From positions 1-50,439 of the forward strand of contig JAPEUG010000093.1 in NCBI GenBank assembly GCA_026025795.1: DNA of 50,439 nucleotides, written 5' to 3'. Shown in pieces: positions 44,985 to 50,439 of this stretch (within the stretch, counting starts at the first letter, position 1; each line of letters starts with the position of its first letter). The notes below the pieces were generated by a model. That model did not search any database. It saw only the letters and a list, made by a program, of their open reading frames with translations, and was not told the DNA's origin. The DNA is from Thelocarpon superellum. Taxonomy: Eukaryota. The position numbers and the translations under genes are program-made.

Positions 44985-45966
44985 GGAGGGGGGGAGGGGT
45001 GTATGGGTGGAAGGAAATGGACAGGAAGGGAAGGAACGATTGATCATTGATCTTTGACGAAGAAGATGACGACGACGACGACGACGACGAGGACGAGGAG
45101 GAGCGACGAACGCTACCGATTTCACATCTTCTTCATCGTCCATCTCCTCTTTGTCGTCTCCCCCCATCTCGTCTTCTTCCCAATCCTTTGTGCGACTCAG
45201 CGACCGAGGGGGCGTGAATCAGTCATTTCAGCGCCTCTCTTGCATGTCTAGCGACCTTTGATCGGTGCGTCAGGTTGTGGCGCGTCAGGTTGTGCTCTCC
45301 AGTGTGGTGTGGTGTGGTGCGTGCACCTCGTCTCTTCCTGTCCTGTCTCCTCTCTTTCCTAAGCGGCGTGTCTTGAAATAGATAGATGGGTCATGTGGGT
45401 GTGGGTATGCGCGTGCGTGCGTGTGTGTGTGTCTCTCTCTCTTCGGTGTGTCGTGTGGATTGTGTATCTGGAGGTAGAGATGTGGATGGTTATGAATGAG
45501 AGAGATAGGAGTAGGAGAAAGGAGAGGGCGAAGGAAGATTCTGAACCGAGATTCAAACATTCGTGACATGGCTCGTTGCAGTGCGATGCAATGCAATAAT
45601 ATAACGCACCGTAAATACAACGTGATGTAATGCGATTTGGGGACTGAGATAGATCGAGTAGACACCAGACAAGAGGGTCCACGTCCAGTAGTAGAGTGAT
45701 CCCCCGCCCGCCTCCCACACCCGAACCATTGTCCTCTCATCTTGTTCGTCCCGCTTGTGTCCTTCCTTCCTATCTGACTCCACTCTGAAACGTCCTTCCT
45801 ATCCACCCATTCCCCACGTACCCACGCACCCTCGCACAAACCCACCCATCCCGAAGAAGAGCAAACGAAGAAGAAAGTGAAACGGAAAAGATAACCGGTG
45901 AAAAAAGGAACGGGAAAGGAAGATATGACACAAGCACGAAACACAGAGAAGAAGAGAAAACCACCG

Positions 45967-48900
45967 TCACCCAGCGTGCCCCATGTCGAAAATCATCAAC
46001 GGCCACGGCGCCTGTTGTGTAGCAGCTGCCACGGCGCCGCCATCGACGGGCACAGGCGTGCTTAAAGCCAGTCCGGCGGCTGCTGCGCGGGCGTTGACGT
46101 TGGCACCGCTCATGTCCGCGACGGGCGCCGCCTGGCCGGCGGCTGACGGTGGGGCGCCCCCGGCAGTGGAGGTCGTGGTGGAGTGCGCGGCGGAGGAGGA
46201 GGTGGTGGCGTCGCGGCCACCGAGCTGCATCAGCGCCGAGGCCGAGTAGCAGTCCTGCGGCTCGAGATTACCCGCCATGGCCCCAGTCCATTGTCGCCAG
46301 GATTGCGAGTCTGGGTTCCACGTGGCCGTGGCCGTCGTGGCGTGGTAGGCGGCCTGGGCGGCAGCGGCTTCAGCGGCCTGGGCGGCTTGGGCGGCGGCAG
46401 CAGAGGGGTGCTGAGATTGAGAGGGTCGTGCGAAAAGGTCGTAGGCGGCGTTGGCCGCGTTCTGAGGAGTGGCCGGCGCGCCGCCATCGGAGCCTGAGAG
46501 CGGGTTGACGGCCATGGAGCCATCAGGCGCCGGGTACGCCGCGTCGCTGAAGACGTGGGCGGGAGAGGGGTAGGTCATGGTGGAACCGGTTGAGGGTTCG
46601 GGATAGGTGTACTGCGGGGTGGCGGGGTAGGGCGCCTGTCCGTTGCCCAAGCTCAAGTCGGGCGAGAGGTAGCCATTGCCGCGGACAGTCCCGGCATTCA
46701 TCGTGCCGTTGGCCCCATTCGTCCCGTGGAGCTGCGGGTAGTGGACCTGGGTGAAGGCGCCGTTCCCACCGCTCCCGTGGCTCGGTGGCGGTGAGCGACT
46801 GTCGCCTCCGGCCGCCCCGTTGACCGCTCCGCCCGAGGCGGATGCCGTGTTGGTGGTAAGGGCACGACTTAACATGCCCAAGGTGCCGTCCGTCACGACT
46901 TGAACCGCGTCTCGCAAGCGATTGCCAGATCCTGGATCCCCCGTCAGTGGATGCTTTGAGCGCGAGTGCTCCGTGTAAACTTACCCAGCAAGCCTCCAAC
47001 GTCCCCCATGATACTCAACCACTGATCCATCTCCTCACGCAGATTGCTCAGATCAACCGCCGTGATCTCGTTCCGTTTCTCCCACTGCGCAAAGAGCGTC
47101 GTCGTGATGGCCATCAGATAGACGGCGCCATTGTACCACGTCGTATCCAGGCTCTTGTACTTCTGAATCTGGGTGACCATCTGGAGCATCTGCCGCGCCG
47201 CGTCGACGCAGATTTCCAGACTGGCATGGTTGAATTCCGGATTTGACGTGAGCGAGATGGATGGGTGCCGGAGCAAAAGGCGAAATTCCAGGGCCCACAT
47301 CTGGATGTACAAGGAGAAGAGGCGGCCTTCCTGCTCATTCTCCGCCGAGTCCTGCATCAGCTCCGTTGGCCACTGGTCGCGCCATCGCTTCAGCTTCGTC
47401 TCCAGCCGGTTGACCGTCTCGATGTAGGTAGGCGGGTGGCGGCGCACGGCGTAGAGGCTGCTGTACATCTCCATGAAGAGCGGCACCACCTTGAAGGCTT
47501 CGATGCCGATGCGGAAGATGCACTTGCTCGGGGTGGAGGTGTCGATGCCGGCCTCGGAGAGGAGCTCGTCATCGACCGGCTCGGGCAACTCGACGTCAAA
47601 GTCCTCAAGGCGCAAGGGCATGGGCCGGCCGAGTTTGCCGCTCAGGGTGACGTGGATCAGCAGGATGGCCCAGAAGACCCGCTTGCGCATCTCGACCTCG
47701 AGCACGTCCTTCTGCGGGTCCAGCTGGACCCAACGCTTGGCGGAGCGATGCAGGCCGAGCTCGACGGCTAGGGACATGGCAATGTTGGCCACGATCCAGC
47801 TCGCGCCGGGCTTGGGAAAGTTGCGCAGGTGGCTGCAGATCATGGTCAAGGCCTGCACGTCCGGGAGCGTGTGGCCGGCGGAGAGCTGGTGGAAGAAGCC
47901 GACGGAATAGTGGTAGTGGAGGTTGGAGCGCGCATTCAGCTCGGTCTGCTGCTCCGCATTCTCCCAATTGCGGGCAGCGTACTGGAAGAACATGGTGGCA
48001 AACATCATGTGCACCACGACCGTCTGGGCCGGGGTCGGGTGGAAGTCGGGCTCGTCATAGATGCGGGTCAACAGGCTCAGGAAGCTGGGTTTGTGCAGGA
48101 TGGGGCAGAAGGGGTTCAGGACGCGAAAGTACCACTGGGCGTAGGTAAGGCCCTCGTTCCGCGGCGGCAGATCGACCTTGTCGATCTTGGGGTTCACATT
48201 ATGGGCCGACTGCAGGAAGCTCTGATAGGACTTGTTGTAGAGCTCCGACTCGAACATGGGATGCGACGGTTCATCCATGTCGCTGGAGGAGAAGTCGGCA
48301 ATGTCAATCTCCATGCCGAGCACGGACAGGGCGGTGCCTTTGATGGAGCTCAGGTAGGAGTTGCCCGAGGAGACGCCGAGGTAGTTGTCGCCGTTGCAGC
48401 CCGTCCGAAAGACGGGCAGGGCGCGGAAGATGTTGGTCTCCTGGGCACGGGGCGAGGCGGCGCCGGCCGAGGGCGGGGCGAAGCCAAGGAGGGCCCCATC
48501 AGACGGCGTGGTGGCCGTGGCGTTGGCCGCAGCGGCCCACGGGGGAGCATTGCCATTGACGCCGGCGGAGCTCCAATCCAGCACGGGGGCATCATTGGGA
48601 TCGTGGTAGCCGTTGGTCTTGGTCGGCTCGACGCCCATGGCGATCAGTCGGGCCTCGAGCTCCTCCACACGACTCCGCATCTCCTGATTCTGATGCTCGA
48701 GCCCCTCGACGTAGCCGCGCTGGGTGGCTCGGCCGGTGATGCGGTCGGTGGTGCGACATTCGGTATTGTTCTGGCGACAGGGCGAACATCCTCCGGTCAG
48801 ACCATCGCACCGAATTTTCCGGACCTGCACGGGGACGACATGGGTCAGCGAGGACGGGGCACGGGAGGCGCCGAGGTGGAGTCTCACCTTGCATCGGTCG

Positions 48901-49049
48901 CACGCCTGTCCGGTCCGGGTGGAGGAGGCCAGCTTTTTCTTGACGGAGCTGGAGAAGTCATCCGGGCCATGATAGTCGCCTTTGGGCTGCTTGGAGGCCG
49001 ACGGCATGCCCGGGCCAGGCGCCCCGGTCGAGGGTCGTTTGGGTGGCAT
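45967..49049 (-). CDS. Zn(II)2Cys6 transcription factor with fungal TF middle homology region (possibly ADA-6/TPC1-like); exons 49049-48888, 48824-46985, 46931-45967
   Basis: ACDRCK|VRKIRCDG..CSPC..NTEC (in-frame 63-nt intron 48887-48825). Middle region LAVELGLHR..EMRKRVFW..LSGKLGRP. Second intron 46984-46932. The orthologue suggestion is from memory only. Confidence 0.9.
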
Positions 49050-49726
49050 CGCGGACGCAGACGCGGACGCGGCACTTGCCACTTGCCACTTGCCACACTC
49101 CGGCCACGAGGGGCGCACCAGATCCGGGGCGAAGTGGAAGGAACTTGCCGGATGGATGGCCACAGTCGTGATGGTGCGCGAACAGCCCGCCGGTAGGCCC
49201 GCCGGTAGGCGTCGATCGATGACGGATGGATCGACGACGCTCGGCGCTCCGCGTGGTGGACAATCTCGCCCGACCGAATGGTGGAGTCCACAGGCACGCT
49301 TGCACCGCTGGTAGTGGGCGAAGGACGGGCAGCAAATCGACGCCGAGAAGCAGAGAATGCCAGCGACGAGGCCACGGATGTGAGCCTGGCTCTCCTGCTC
49401 CTGGTGCTGCCGGTGCTGCTTCTGCTGGCCCTAGTGGCAGCTACGCCGTAGGACTCTACGGCCTGGCACCAGGTCAGATTGACTACCGTACTTCCGTACT
49501 TCGTCCCTCGCACCTCGAGTCACTTTTGCGCCGTCCCAGCTCCATCGCTTCGTCGCCTGTCTGCCACAGATCCCTCATCGGGTTTAAGGCGATTGCATTC
49601 GCAGCCAACCACACCAGCTGCCGATTCACGTGATACTTCCACTCTCCGGTCGGCTCGCCCTTATGACGCGGGGTCCGGCGTCAGGTCTACTCGCACACGA
49701 TGGAGCAGAGCAGTGACCGGCCCACC

Positions 49727-50439
49727 ATGGCCGTGCAGACTTATCACCTGGAGCATCTGCCTGTAGATCGGCCGGTGCATATTGCCCTCTTTCGCAACGT
49801 ACGCAACGCCGGCTTCTTGAAGGAGCAGCTGTTGAGCGGCAATATCGACTTTGAATATGCCTTGATCGATGCCAGCATGGTTGGTTCTTTCACAGATGTC
49901 TTTGCCCGTCCGGGCCGTGGGTGATTGACTCCTGCAGATTGTCTCCACGATCCACGCCTTGGCGGCCGTCTTTCGGGCCGTCAATGACATGATGTTTTCG
50001 CGCCTTCGATCACGGAACGTGCACTCGGAGGTGGTCTTCGCCTTGAGCCCAAACAACAATGTACGTAGAGATCAATGGGGCATCGTAGCCTATTTCATCG
50101 GCTGAGCACGAGGACTCCCGTCCAGATTTCCGAAGCTCTCTCCCGCTTCGGCATCGGCGAGCATACCACGTCCCTGCTGGTGGTCAAGGTGTCCACGGTC
50201 CCTGAAGTCAGCAGCCGTTCCGTGCAGCAGCATCTTGACAAGGTCCTCGAAGGGACGCCCGTCGACTTCTCCGATGAGAATCTACATTCGATGACGGACC
50301 TGGCACGGGTGCGGAAAGTTTACAAGCTCCAGGAAGGTGCGAGAAAGGTGCAGGGCCGTAGCAGCAAGAAAGGGTCTCTCGCCAGTGGGCTCGACGAGAC
50401 CAAGGTGCTCGACGGCAAAGAATTGGAAGTGGCTGTTCT
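49727..50439 (+). CDS. CGI121: KEOPS/EKC complex subunit Cgi121 (3' end beyond window); introns 49880-49937 and 50061-50125
   Basis: [66 protein letters not shown] start. Confidence 0.9.

Noticed and set aside
3839..50439. Telomere or DNA-repair gene cluster (XLF, RTC1, CGI121)
   Set aside because: Genes are far apart, interspersed with unrelated functions, and act in different complexes.

Overview
GC-rich eukaryotic DNA from a filamentous ascomycete (Pezizomycotina-type genes; short GT..AG introns with CTRAY branch sites). Most of the window is a housekeeping neighbourhood of about 16 genes: XLF/Nej1, cactin, a forkhead TF, RTC1/WDR24, HMT1 ABC half-transporter, proline dehydrogenase, a degenerate-RRM protein, MsrA, kinesin-8, a conserved hypothetical, a Tim17-like membrane protein, GHITM/BI-1, a cNMP-cNMP-F-box-LRR protein, a Zn2Cys6 TF and CGI121 (truncated at the window end). 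Product calls come from motif recognition, not database searches, and exon boundaries were inferred by hand. The most unusual part is the first 3.3 kb. It holds a spliced orphan gene with an MC..CGH N-terminus and a PAM2-like motif, next to a ~0.85 kb non-coding array in which two conserved boxes (CCTCAATTT and GGAGAATG) enclose stems of different sequence that keep base-pairing. Two diverged copies of a tRNA-like Pol III A/B-box element (15753-15859 minus, 27634-27732 plus) suggest a SINE or ncRNA family. No CRISPR, rRNA, intact tRNA or transposase was recognised.
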